A DNA stretch of 64,000 bases from Octopus sinensis. Lineage: Eukaryota. Positions 1 through 12,904 of this stretch are shown piece by piece. The notes below the pieces were generated by a model, which saw only the letters and a program-made list of their open reading frames with translations, was not told the origin of the DNA and did not search any database. The stretch spans positions 79,360,001 through 79,424,000 of the forward strand of contig NC_042998.1 in assembly GCF_006345805.1 (NCBI RefSeq). The letters run 5' to 3'. The position numbers and the translations under genes are program-made. The first letter of the stretch is position 1. Each line of letters begins with the position of its first letter.

Positions 1-1035
1 TACTAAGGTTAGCTCTCTGGGAATATATGTCAGGTATCGATCTTCTGTCCGCCTCTTTAATCTGCGCCGATTTACTGCCATTTCAAAAGTTTCCCATCTT
101 TATACAGATGACTGTGTCTTAGTCACTCATACAGTGGGTGACATGCAAATACTTATGAATTGTATTTCTGCTTCTTACAAGGCATTTGAACTCAGCATTA
201 GCCTGGACAAGACTGTTGTAATGTTCCAGCCTGCACCAGGAAACCCATATGTGGAACCAGTTATCTTAGTTGAAGGAATAATTCTGAATGTGGTAGACAA
301 ATTTGTCTACCTGGGGAGCACACTCAGCCGTTCTTGCTCCCTGGATGATGAAATATCTTTCAGGCTGCCGAGAGCAACTGATTGCTTCCGATCTTTTCAA
401 TATCGTATCTAGTCCCAGGATGGCATCACAAGCAAACAAAAATTGCTGTGTACTGTGCATGTTTTACTCATGTCAGACATGGACTCTTTACAAACGTCAT
501 GTAAGGGTCCTTGAACGCTTTTATCAGAGATGTCTCAGACAGTCTGAATGTTGGCTGGTCCTTAAAAACTCCAGACACACAGGTCCTGAGGACAGCTGAT
601 ATCTTGAGTATTGAGGCGATGGTGCACAAGCACCGGTTACGTTGGACTGGGCACCTTATTTGAATGAAGGATAGCAGGATCCCTAAGTAGATGCTATATG
701 GGGAACATGTGAATGGAAAGAAACCCCGGTAGAAACCAAGGCTACGATTTAAGGTCTGTGTCAAGTCCTCATTAAAGGCCTGTGAGATGCAGGAGACTGA
801 CTGGGAGAACAATGCCTATCATCGCCACAGATGGAGGAAGCAGGTTAAGGAAGGGGGTTGACACTTTTAAGAGAGCACGTATTCTGCATGAAGAACTTAA
901 GCGTGCTACTCGAAGGCGCACTGCTGATGTAGTAAATGGGGAAAGCTTGGTTTGCAATGTTTGCATTCGTGTATGCTTGTCAAGAGTGGGGCTCATCAGA
1001 CACCAACGGAGTCGCAAATGCAGAATATATGTTAG
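1..1035 (+). mobile_element. RTE-clade LINE, 3' part of ORF (RT C-terminal half to C2H2 finger), frameshifted/decayed
   Basis: Translated pieces: ..YTDDCVL.., ISLDKTVVMFQPAPG..VVDKFVYLGSTLSR..DDEI (ORF 134-412), HRLRWTGHL..RIP, and terminal LVCNVCIRVCLSRVGLIRHQRS zinc finger (ORF 782-); the element ends at a (TATG)n array. Confidence 0.85.
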
Positions 1036-1267
1036 TCCTAGAGCGCACAATGTTCCTGTATGTATGTATGTATGTATGTATGTATGTATGTATGTATGTA
1101 TGTATGTATGTATGTATGTATGTATGTATCGATGGATGGATGGATGTATATACATACGCAAACTTGTATGTGGCGTGGCTGTGTGGTATATAACTTGCTT
1201 CCTAATCACATGGTTACTGGTTGAATCCCACTGCGTGGCACCTTCTACTGTAGCTTTGAGCCGACCG

Positions 1268-1319
<52 letters not shown>

Positions 1320-1641
1320 ACACATATATATAAAGTGGGGACAAGTATAAAGAACAAAATACAGAGGAAAGGCAATGAAAAGAGACTTTTTTAAGTAAAA
1401 TTTCTTTCATAAAATATTTCCGCCGAGGTCAACTTTGCCTTTCATCATTTTGCTGTCGACAAATGGGTACCAGTTGAGCAGTGGGATCGATGTAATCGAT
1501 TCACCGATGAAGAGCTATGCTCGAAACGTTAACAACTCTCTCCTTTCACCAAGCGTCAAATTAATATATTGCTTGTGCACGTCCTCACGTTCGATTTTTT
1601 GTTTTTTTTCTGTTTTTTAATTGTTGTTCTTTGAATTGACA

Positions 1642-1724
<83 letters not shown>

Positions 1725-2398
1725 TTTTATATATATATTATATATATAATATATATATATAGTTATATATATATATATAATATATATATATAGTTATATA
1801 TATATATATAATATATTATATATATATATAATATATCATATAAATATACATGCATATACATATATTCATACTACGTACATGTACGCACACAACGCACGTA
1901 CACATACATGCACATATACATAAGAGAGAGAAAGAAAGAGTTACCGAGATTTTTTTCTTTTTTTTTTTTTGGCTTTCTCGTAAAAATGTATGCGTGTGTG
2001 TTTGTGTGTAAATTTGTATGTATGTATTGATTAGGAAATACAGAATATTGAATAATGGCATGGGAAAAATTCCTATGGGTATTTCTTAGCAAGACGAAAG
2101 AAAAAGTAGTTAAGTTGAGGGTAAGATAGTGATCAAAAAAGGTTAATGTAGTAAACAAAAAGAAAAATCACTAGGGTAAATGTTAACTCACGTCAAAAAC
2201 GTCAAAGGAGAAAACTCCAGAATTAATAATTGGGCAGGATATGCAACGAGGATTTAATTTCATCAGTGGTACGTATGAGGCAATTATGACTTTGTTTCAG
2301 TCTTTTTAGACTTCCTCAGCAAACCAAAGACTATCGTGCTTGCTAGACCTTATATATATATACACACATTTATATATGTATATATATATATATATATA

Positions 2399-2694
2399 TC
2401 ACGTGACCGACCAGTCCATCAGATGTAGTTACACATCGCTGGTCACAATGCGTTCGCATTGTTTTAGCCTTCGAATGACGCCACCCCGCTGGTTAAGCGA
2501 GCAGGCCAACAGAAGAAAGAGTGGGAGAAAGAGTGGTGAAAGAGTACAGCAGGGATCACCACCCCCTGCCGGAGCCTCGTGGAGCTTTTATGTGTTTTCG
2601 CTCAATAAACACTAACAACGCCCGGTCTGGGAATCGAAACCGCGATCCTACGACCGCGAGTCCGCTGCCCTAACCACTAGGCCATTGCGCCTCC
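2399..2694 (-). mobile_element. tRNA-derived SINE, family C, embedded in (TA)n
   Basis: Minus-strand head GGAGGCGCAATGGCCTAGTGG (A box) ... GGTTTCGATTCCC (B box) followed by ~220 nt body; (TA)n on both sides. Confidence 0.8.
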
Positions 2695-2703
2695 ATATAT
2701 ATA

Positions 2704-3564
2704 TTTTTTTGTAAGTAAAATTACATTTAATTCATTAATAGCGAAACAATTGTCCCAAAATAATCTGTATTTTTGTTATTTTTTATTTGCCCTGTCCGTG
2801 TGAGCTAACAATCGTACTGACTTTCATGGGAAACATGTATTTTTGTGGTTGAAACCTTTTGGATTAACTGGTGCTAGAGTGAGCCATATAGTGACCACTC
2901 TCTTATATTTATTTTGTAAAAATATTGTAATATATTATAAAATATTATATAATCCAGGTTTCTCGGAGCACTAGGCCACTTGGTGTTGAATAGATATACT
3001 ATTAAATTAGTATCTAATTCTCTCACCCTTATTAATTAATTATAATTATGCTGCATTTATTTCTAAATGCTGTATTTGTTTTCCGTGAAAGTTTGGCGCG
3101 CTGTTAGTTGGGGCATTTGAATTATAACGTCGGATGTAATCAATTGAACCACACGCGTATTTATCGTTATGGTAAAATCTGGCGTGTGATTGAGTGGATT
3201 TCATCCAGATAGTTTTGGCTGACGAGCTACAAGTGGATTTTTTGTAAGTAAAATTACATTTTTCATTAATAGCGAAACAATTGTCCCAAAATAATCTGTA
3301 TTTTTGTTATTTTTTATTTGCCCTGTCCGTGTGAGCTAACAATCGTACTGACTTTCATGGGAACATGTATTTTTGTGGTTGAAACCTTTTGATTAACTGG
3401 TGCTAGAGTGAGCCATATAGTGACCACTCTCTTTATTTATTTTGTAAAAATATTGTAATATATTATAAAATATTATAATAATCCAGGTTTCTCGGAGCAC
3501 TAGGCCACTTGGTGTTGAATAGATATACTATTAAATTAGTATCTAATTCTCTCACCCTTATTAA

Positions 3565-3573
<9 letters not shown>
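2704..3573 (+). repeat. Partial tandem repeat (~1.6 copies of a ~531-534 bp unit) carrying a hammerhead ribozyme; Penelope pseudo-LTR/retrozyme-like
   Basis: 2704-3043 and 3238-3573 are nearly identical direct repeats separated by ~195 bp of unique sequence; both ends border (TA)n. Confidence 0.85.
3213..3291 (+). ncRNA. Minimal type-I hammerhead ribozyme (complete core, predicted GUC cleavage after 3285)
   Basis: TTTTGG(3213-18) CTGACGA(3219-25) GCTA(3226-29)..40-nt loop..TAGC(3270-73) GAAAC AATT GTC(3283-85) CCAAAA(3286-91): 6-bp stem I, 4-bp stem II, palindromic stem III ACAATTGT, all core nucleotides present. Confidence 0.85.
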
Positions 3574-3633
<60 letters not shown>

Positions 3634-3675
3634 GTATATATGTATAGTATATATATATATATATATATATATACA

Positions 3676-3741
<66 letters not shown>

Positions 3742-5134
3742 ATATATGAGTGCGTGTGTGTGTGTGTTTTCTCACTAGATGAAGTATGCTGGGTCCCACT
3801 TAACTATTAAATATTCATGCAGGAGACATACCTAATAAATTTTCTTGTGTCATGTTTGAGTGGCCTAATCAGTGAAGGACATTTTTCAATCCGAATCTCC
3901 ATGTATTTTTCCATCCATTCTAACATCTGATAAGAATTGATAAGGAAATTTAATAATGCCAAAACATGCTAGCAAAGTTCAAACGCACTGTTCATTGCAT
4001 GCCCCCATTCAATCATATACTTGTTTAAGATTTTGGCTTTGTCTCATTTGCTCTCAATGTGTTTTCTATATTATGGATGTAATTCATTGAAAATTTAAGG
4101 TCGTACAAAATGGTGTATGTAACACTCAGTAAATTGTGCATATATGTACGTGTGTGTGCGTGTATTCGAAAGTGCGTGAGGAACAGCTTTTATTCCAAAC
4201 AAGTTATATTGGATATACAACAGTGCTCGAGTTGAAATTTCGTTTATTAAAGATTTCTCATATTTCATTATTAATTATTTGAAAACGTTCTTAAGTTCAT
4301 CAATATTTGTAAATTCTGGATGAAGTGGCTGTAATCGGTACTCCACTATGCAATAGCAGCAACAACAAAAAACACTAACAACCACATAATATAGGTGAAA
4401 AGACCAAGAGTTTAGAGACGTTGACAGACCCAAAGGAAATAATTAATAAAAAGGCTAATCTCGAACACAGTTGTGTTTTCAGGGGGTGTGCGTGTGTGTG
4501 TGTTGAATAAATTAAAATCAACTCTGTGTCTTTTTCACTGCACCACTGAAGTTATCTAGCGTTGTGACACTTCTGCGTAGAGAGCAACAGACAATCCAGT
4601 CATTAAGAAACTTACAATCTGTTGTTCGAAATGATGACATCATTTCATATTAGTAGCAATGTCTTTGTCCATCTCAAAGAACACTAAATAGGAAATATCT
4701 TACTTATTGTAATGCACATTTCACTTGTACATTGGTGTAATGTATCAGTAACGCACATCTTACGTGTACACGGTTAATTGTAGTACAGAGTTTAAATCCT
4801 TCCTTGAACAGACTTTTCAATGCACCAGTTTTCCTATCAAGACAGGCAACTATCTTTTCATAACACCCGGTAACTTTTCAGTTGTACAAACCAGCAAAAT
4901 ACAATATAAGTATCAATTTCTAAAACAGGCACAAATTTTAGTATTGGGTATAGTCGATTAAACTGATCAATTACTCAACCGGCACCTTATTTTATCGACC
5001 GAGAAAAGATGATAATCAACTACGTGTGATTTGAACGCAAAACATGCAGATATTCCAAGATATAAATGTTGAGTGGAATATATTTCTGTGTTGTTAGCTT
5101 ATTGTGCTTGGCTTTAATGTTACACAGGTCAAAT

Positions 5135-5332
5135 GGTGGCGAGCTGACAGAATCATTAAGAACGCCAGACAAAATGCTTAGCGGCATTTCGTCAATCTTT
5201 ATGTTTCCGAATTCAAATTGCTTTTTATCCTTTCGGGGTCGATAAAATAACTAGTTGAGCACTGGGATCGATGTAATCGACTTCCTCTCCTCCGAAATTG
5301 TTGGCCTTTTGCCAAAATTTGAAACCAATATT
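5135..5332 (+). mobile_element. SINE family A (tRNA-like head + conserved body), degenerate, tail type B
   Basis: GGTGGCGAGCTGACAGAATC head; TCCTTTCGGGGTCGATAAAATA body; CCTTTTGCCAAAATTTGAAACCAAT tail; homologous to many copies in the window. Confidence 0.75.
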
Positions 5333-5401
5333 ACACAGATCAAAACCTGCAATACATTATTGGTATCCCGGTCCAGAGAGGGAGAGAGAAAGAGTTCTGG
5401 T

Positions 5402-5494
<93 letters not shown>
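5402..5494. repeat. (GATA)n microsatellite
   Basis: Direct read. Confidence 0.95.
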
Positions 5495-5495
<1 letters not shown>

Positions 5496-5689
5496 GAAAG
5501 AGAGAGAGCGAGAGAAAGAGAGAAAGAAACAAAGAAACAAACAAACAAATAAACAGGCAAACAAACAAACAAACAAAGGAAGAAAGATTGGGTACCCTCG
5601 CAACTGTGAAAATTGAGAGGAACACAGGCTCGTCTTTCCTGCAAAACAAAGATTACCGTCAGACTCAAGTGATAGATATACATAATAAT

Positions 5690-5830
5690 TTGTATTGAAT
5701 TTCCGCCGAGGTCGACTTTTACCCTTTCGGAGTTGATAATTTAAGTACGAGTTGTATACTGGAATCGATCTAATCGACTGGCCCCCTCCCCCAAAATTTC
5801 GGGCCTTGTGCCTAGAGTAGAAAAGAATTT
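5690..5830 (+). mobile_element. SINE family A, 5'-truncated, tail type B
   Basis: TTCCGCCGAGGTCGACTTT..TCGACTGGCCCCCTCCCCCAAAATTTCGGGCCTTGTGCCTAGAGTAGAAAAGAAT. Confidence 0.75.
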
Positions 5831-8800
5831 GTGTTGAACTTTGGTACAAATTAACAGTGTATCAAAATATACCAAGCCTTATAAGTTATATCAGCTACTA
5901 TAGAAGTTCTCGTTCTATGCATTAAATGATTGAATCACAATAAACAAACAAAAGCTGTGTTTGATATCTGCTCAATCCTTTTTCACATACATAAATAAAT
6001 ATGAAAAAACTTCAACGAATAAAAATCAAAACTATTTTCTCTTCTATGTGGTCAATATTCAATTTTCTTTTTACAATACTCTGTTTTACTGCTGCCTACA
6101 TCTAAAGATTTCTTGTTCTTTAGTACCTTTATGTGGGAACGTATTTCCATTACGTTTCAAATTTCGTATAACTCGTAATGCACCCGGCGTACAACTTTTT
6201 GAATGGAACTGGACCGTGTATGATTTTTAATTACTCACTGACTTACTATAAAGCCAAATTTCAGGAAGCATAATTGTTTTTTATTCATTAAATAATTCGT
6301 GACGTATATTTGCCATTTAAATATGGCAAACCCCTAAGGGTGGATGCTACTGTAGTTTGTAGCTCCAGGAGGACACCTCCTCCAGCTGGCTACAGACACA
6401 CTTTCTGTGCCCTATCAGTATTTATAAAGGGAAGCCATCCTTCCCGTCATTAAATAATTATTGGTTTAAAAAAACAATAACAGCACTGGGTTTCCTAATT
6501 TTCAATAATCCCCACTTAAACGTGGATGCTCTTTTAAAACAAACTATACTGCGATAGATACCACGAGTGAAACTCTTATAATGGATTTTGAAACAAATGC
6601 ATTTTTTTTATATATCGCAAGAGGGGAGATAAATCCTCGCCATCTCCAGCGTCGAAACCACCAGGGCATAAATATTGCCTCTTTGTTTTCAATGATTTCT
6701 GAAACACCAGAATAGAAACTCAAGCAATTAATGTAACAAACTGGACCAAATCAATAGTGTCTCAATCTTGTCTGGAGCAATTTTCTTGCCTTCATGTTCT
6801 GGCTCACCATTACCATACCTTTCTTCAGTTTTTATTTTCAATTTGATACATATTGACGAAGAACATCATTAGACTACCAATTTAGCAACGAGCTTTATTG
6901 AATAGCTTAAATATATAGATTAGTAATCTACTACACGACCAATTCACTTCTTTCTCAAAAAGATCAATGATCACTTCAAGCACAAGGTTACACACCTTTG
7001 GGTAGAAGTATAGTTAGTAGATTTGATCGATTCCAGTTCTCGACTGGTGTTCAATTTCATCGGTCCCGGAGAAAGAAAAGATAGAAGACGAGTCAACACT
7101 AGCCAAATTTAAACTCGGAATGACAATTTTAATCTTGGTAGGATTTTAACTTAGAATGTAGAAAGAAAATACAGTAAACACTGCAGTGCATTTTATCAGG
7201 CGTTCTGCCGTTTCTGACATTGTAACCAGTTATAATGATTTTAACATAAGGTCAAAACACGACATATGAGGGGACTATGAGTCGACTGAATCGACTCCGG
7301 TACTTGATTTGACCTTATTTTATCGATCCTGCAAGAAGGTTCAAAGACAAAGTCGAAATCATTGAGATTTGACCTCAGAACATGAAGCAACATAACTAAA
7401 CTATTTTCTCTTTCTTATCAGTAATAGTATTTCCACTGCTTTAAAAAGGAAGTTATTACTTGTGCCGTATAGTGAACCAGTCCGTCCACAGTCTCCATGT
7501 CTGTTTCTTTTTCTTTTTTGTCAATGTTTGAACTATAGTAAATAAGAAGAGGTTGCTTACCCCTCGTTCAACCTCTATCCGTTTCTTAGAAACAAGGAAC
7601 AACGTATGCGGTCCTGCAAGACCCTGATACAATACATCCGGCATGAGTGAGAGAAGGGGACAGAGAAGGAATCAAGCTCAATACTCTATTCGGTGAGAGT
7701 TAGAGGAGACAGAAAAAAACAATTAGTTCTAGTACTTGACTGATAATTCATTTTCTGACCCCAGAGAGATGAAAGGCAAAGTTGAATTCGACCGTGTTTG
7801 GATATAAATACGCAGAGACGGAAAAAATTACCGCGAGGTATTTGTCTGATTCTTAAATGACCACCTTTAAAAAGTTATAGTGTTTCGTTTTAGTTTCAGT
7901 ATCGCTTATTGAAATAACTGGGTATTGTATAATCTATTGAGTATTAGCAATTCTGCAAACATATAGTCCTAAGTTTATGGAAAATAGTCAAGTTAAAATT
8001 AAGACAAAATAATGTAATACATACACGAAAAATGTAATGTAATAATATATATAATAATATTTGTAGATATCATTTTTTTCAGCGTTCTTTCATTCAATTT
8101 TTCATTACTTTTTCCTCATAGATCTTGACGCTATTTTTTCTTTTCTTTTCTTTACCTTTTTTTTTATCATTATTTTATTTCGAATAGAATTTATCAGAAT
8201 ATTACCTTCAGGAACTAAATATATTTCTAAACTTAAGAATTTCCCGTGACTATTTCTCTAATCGAATAAAACAAGCGTAAGAAAAAATATTTTGTTTTTG
8301 CTTTTATTTCTTGTCGTAATCATACACATTTATATACCCACCAACTCAATTCGTCTCTCTTTCACTTGGCTTTCTTTCTTTCTCTATATCCTTACCCAAT
8401 ATAAAATTCTGATACTATACTCCAAATACAAAGTTGCCTGAGGTTAGCGTGCGCACACACACATGTATGTATGTATGTATGTATGTATGTATGTATGTAT
8501 GTATGTATGTATGTATGTATGTATGTATGTATGTATGCATGTATGTATGTATGTATATGATAGTGTGTTTATATACACAAACACACACATATCACAGTTC
8601 TGATTGTAACAAAGAAAGAAAATAGTAAAAGTGCTAGATTAAATATTCACTCTCTAGATTTTCGCCTCTCTGCGTCTGATTTAAAGTCTAACTCGAGGAC
8701 GAATTTATCTTTCAAGTTTTATGCGTCCGGATGGAAAAAGGGTACCATGTCGATGAATTGAGTGCTAGTCATGCACTTAGCTCGAATCAGTAAAATGTGT

Positions 8801-9527
8801 GAATTTCTTACAATGATAGAAATCTATGTACTACAATTCCATGATACTGGATTACAGTTCTAAGATACCAGATAACAGTTTTAAGATACTCGGACACAGT
8901 CCTCAGACACCAGATTACTAATCTAAGATACAGTTTTTAGGACACCCGGCAAAGTCCTAGATACTGCCTCTAAATACATTTGTGAATTATACAACTCTGT
9001 AGAGCCTGTTTGTAGCTAAGCTGTGGTAGATCTTTTCAACCGGTTGTCCGATGCCCTAGTAACTCGAACTTTTCGATTGATGTTCCCTAGAATAACAGAA
9101 TTTTTTCTATACTTTTTAGGTAAGTTCAAGCGACCGATTGTTAAAAAATGAATTCGATATATTAAATCTAGTTCACGCATTAGAAAGCAGTATTATCGAA
9201 ATCTAAGTTTATATGTGTTCCACCTAACAGTCGCAAAGACTACTTTTCTTATGGTTCTGTTGTAAAATGTCATAGCTAATATATCTTACATAAATGAGTT
9301 GTGTACATTAGTCTCCCACTGCTGACCATTGCATACTATGTCAATATTTAATAATCATGCGATATACTTTTCATATCTGATGAGTGTTTGGAGACATGTT
9401 CACATAGTCTAAGTACCATTCTATTTTCTGCAAGTATCCTAGGGAAGATTTTTAAGATTTGAGGAGACTTGTCACCAAACCTCACGATAAAATTCCTGCT
9501 AATTAAATTAGCATGTATTTGCTGAAC

Positions 9528-9568
<41 letters not shown>

Positions 9569-9569
<1 letters not shown>

Positions 9570-9775
9570 TTTGGCACAAGGCTAGCAATTGTAGGGGAGG
9601 GGATTAGTCGATACCATCGACCCCAATACGTGACTGGTACTTTATTTTATTGACCCTAGAGGAAAGAAAGGCAAAGTTGATCTTGGCAGGATTTAAACTT
9701 AAAGTGTAAAGACGTAGAACAAATACCGCAAGGTATTTTTCTGACGCTTTAACAATTCTGCCAGCTCATCGTCTT
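9569..9775 (-). mobile_element. SINE family A, degenerate, ending in (AAT)n
   Basis: Reverse complement of family A head/body/tail B; adjoins (AAT)n 9529-9569. Confidence 0.7.
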
Positions 9776-9847
9776 TAAATAATTGTTGAATTGCCTAAAT
9801 AATAATAATGATGATAACAGTCCTTTCTACTAAAGGCACAAGGCGTG

Positions 9848-9997
9848 AAATTTTAGGGTAACGGACTAGTCGGTTAAGGATGAAAGACAAAGTCGACTTC
9901 GGTAGAATTTGAACTCAGAACGTAGCAGCAGACGAAATCCCGCTAAGCATTTCGCTCGGCGGCGTGCTAACGATTCTGCCAGCTCGCCACCTTAATA

Positions 9998-10072
<75 letters not shown>

Positions 10073-10485
10073 TAATAATAATAATAAAAATATTCAGACA
10101 AATACATAACAAAAACGCCAGGACTTACAAACACATATAACATACAGAAAATTGCACTACTAGGCACTGCACTCATCCTACGCAGAACACTTTCCATACA
10201 ATAACCATCAGAGCATCACAACAAATCACAGCACATACCTAAGGCACACAGAGCTGCGCTCGGTAGTGAAGTGAAGACACGCTATAAAAATAAAACTACT
10301 GAATAATAATAATAATGATGATGATGATGATGATGATAACGATGGTGGTGGTGGTGGTGGTGATGTTTTTGTTATTATTATTAATTCAATTCAATTCAAT
10401 TCAATTTTTATTGGCTCAAAAGCAAAAGCAAGGCCATGTAGGGGGACAGGGAGTTATGTACAGGGAGGGTGGTCATACAAAGAGT

Positions 10486-10535
<50 letters not shown>

Positions 10536-10758
10536 GAGTGATTGAGTGAGTGAGTGAGTGAGAGAGTGAGAGAGCAGTGCATGCCATCAAAGTGACACTG
10601 GGGTAAAATATATGAAGCCTAGTATACCCATCATGACTATCCTTGTGAGACGGATAGTCATGATGGGTATACTAGGCTTCATATATTTTACCCCAGTGTC
10701 ACTTTGATGGCATGCACTGCTCTCTCACTCTCTCACTCACTCACTCACTCAATCACTC

Positions 10759-10805
<47 letters not shown>

Positions 10806-11200
10806 ACTCTTTGTATGACCACCCTCCCTGTACATAACTCCCTGTCCCCCTACATGGCCTTGCTTTTGCTTTTGAGCCAATAAAAATTGAATTGAATTGA
10901 ATTGAATTAATAATAATAACAAAAACATCACCACCACCACCACCACCATCGTTATCATCATCATCATCATCATCATTATTATTATTATTCAGTAGTTTTA
11001 TTTTTATAGCGTGTCTTCACTTCACTACCGAGCGCAGCTCTGTGTGCCTTAGGTATGTGCTGTGATTTGTTGTGATGCTCTGATGGTTATTGTATGGAAA
11101 GTGTTCTGCGTAGGATGAGTGCAGTGCCTAGTAGTGCAATTTTCTGTATGTTATATGTGTTTGTAAGTCCTGGCGTTTTTGTTATGTATTTGTCTGAATA

Positions 11201-11276
<76 letters not shown>

Positions 11277-11426
11277 TATTAAGGTGGCGAGCTGGCAGAA
11301 TCGTTAGCACGCCGCCGAGCGAAATGCTTAGCGGGATTTCGTCTGCTGCTACGTTCTGAGTTCAAATTCTACCGAAGTCGACTTTGTCTTTCATCCTTAA
11401 CCGACTAGTCCGTTACCCTAAAATTT
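9848..11426. repeat. Near-perfect 1.58-kb palindrome (arms 9848-10642 and 10652-11426, 9-nt spacer TTGTGAGAC)
   Basis: The arms are reverse complements, as shown by the mirrored ORF pairs 10315-10545/10749-10976 and 9967-10197/11094-11282. The only differences I see are microsatellite lengths (3 and ~17 bp). Confidence 0.95.
10090..10305 (+). mobile_element. R4/Dong-clade LINE 3' fragment (mirrored at ~10985-11200)
   Basis: Encodes IQKIALLGTALILRRTLSIQ*, typical of the C-terminus of RLE-type R4-clade ORFs; flanked by (AAT)n on both sides. Confidence 0.6.
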
Positions 11427-11427
11427 A

Positions 11428-11890
11428 TACCAGGTACATGCATCACAACCATATGTGCATGACATAGTGATCTAATATCAAAATAAACAGCGCATGACCT
11501 TGCAGGTGAGGTCCAGTGAGAATTTTCTCCAGGTTGAGTAGCACATCTCGCTCAAAATGTCTCTGAATAATGGTTCTTTAAAGACGTTGAGCAAAACACC
11601 CATGTTTCCAAAGGTGAATTATCCAAACCCCCAAAAATTCCTCTCAACACATGGCTATGATGCCCCCTCACGACTTCTGCGCGTGATTAAAGATACACAT
11701 ATTGTCAGCCACTAAGGGACATGCTCAACTGGTTACGGTCAAACAACTGACAAAGCAAATATGTGGTATTGAGCAGAATATTTGCTGTAGCCCATCTTTT
11801 ATACCAAGACAAAACAATGTACATGATAACACTTCCAATCAGTTAAGATCAGAAGCCATGAGAACCACTGCCTGGTACTGCATTAGGACA
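11428..11890 (+). repeat. Unclassified dispersed repeat, continuation of the repeat that starts at ~10560
   Basis: Recognised from memory as a common octopus repeat; ends in (TAC)n/(AAT)n; not verified. Confidence 0.4.
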
Positions 11891-11919
11891 TATACTACTA
11901 CTACTACTACTACTACTAC

Positions 11920-11974
<55 letters not shown>

Positions 11975-12129
11975 TTTACCTGTGAATTTGCGCGTGTAAT
12001 CTGGGAATACATACAATGAGCTTCTCTGCCCTAGGTGTATGGAAAACACTCTGCGAGAAATGGAAGAAAATTTGAAGAAGGAAGGGAAAAAACAATAATG
12101 ATGAGGATGATCATTATTATTGTTATTTT

Positions 12130-12845
12130 GGTTTGGCTCAGGTTTGGTCTTGGCTCAGGTTCGGCCTTATTCTTGATAGAATTTACGTGGGTAGCGGGTT
12201 ACTACCTGTAACCTTAGGTATCCACAAGTATTCAGCAGTCTTTCAAGTGCTTAGAATTCTCCTGATAATCCTTGCTATCAGTAAGAGACAAACTTTCTGT
12301 AGGAGCTCTACCGGGCATTCTATTTCAATCTCCCTCGGCTATTTGTCTATGTTTTCGCTTACTGTTCCCAACGTCCCAATTATTATAGGCACGATATTTA
12401 CTCTTGGCGTGCTCCAATTTTTTCCTATTTCAAAGTTTAAGGGATTGTATTTTTTTCTTCCTCTTTCTTTACGATCCTGGAATCAAATCGGTATGATGGG
12501 TCGATAAGTAGGCAACTTCGCTTTTCTTTTATCTACAATCGTTATATCTGGTCTGTTATTTTCTAATTTCTTGTTCGTTTGAATAGGCAAGTCCCACAAA
12601 ATGTTGAATTTCTCCGACTCCAACACTCTTTCCACTTGATTGTACCATCTGTTTCCAGCTTCAAATCCCCATTTCTGGCACAGTTTCCACTGTATAACTT
12701 TTACAATCTAGTTGTGCCTCCATTTCTTATATTCTTACTGTGCCAACTTGGGGCATTTTTCCACAATGTGTGCCACTATCTCATTCCATGTTCCACAGGC
12801 TCTACATTTTTCTGATACATTCTCTCCATATATATTTTTTCTCAA
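12130..12845 (-). mobile_element. R4/Dong-clade LINE 3' fragment (CCHC knuckle + restriction-like endonuclease), decayed
   Basis: Minus-strand translation: CRACG..EIVAHIVEKCPKLA, WYNQVERVLESEKFNILWDLPIQTNKKLENNRPDITIVDK, VPIIIGTLGTV, LLQKVCLL; flanked by ATT/GTT triplet repeats. Confidence 0.8.
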
Positions 12846-12850
12846 GTTCT

Positions 12851-12897
<47 letters not shown>

Positions 12898-12904
12898 AAG
12901 AATC

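Noticed and set aside
2620-2694. tRNA gene (also heads at 49553 and 37137)
   Set aside because: Pol III boxes are present but continue into SINE bodies; no proper acceptor stem or 3' end.
4530-4930. Exon-like minus-strand segments with AG...GTAAG boundaries
   Set aside because: Stops in all frames or too short (e.g. KTGALKSLFKEGFKLCTTINRVH); no recognisable protein; needs RNA-seq.
7456-7644. Short ORF with RIEVERGVSN, faintly RT-like
   Set aside because: Only one motif-like word; insufficient evidence.
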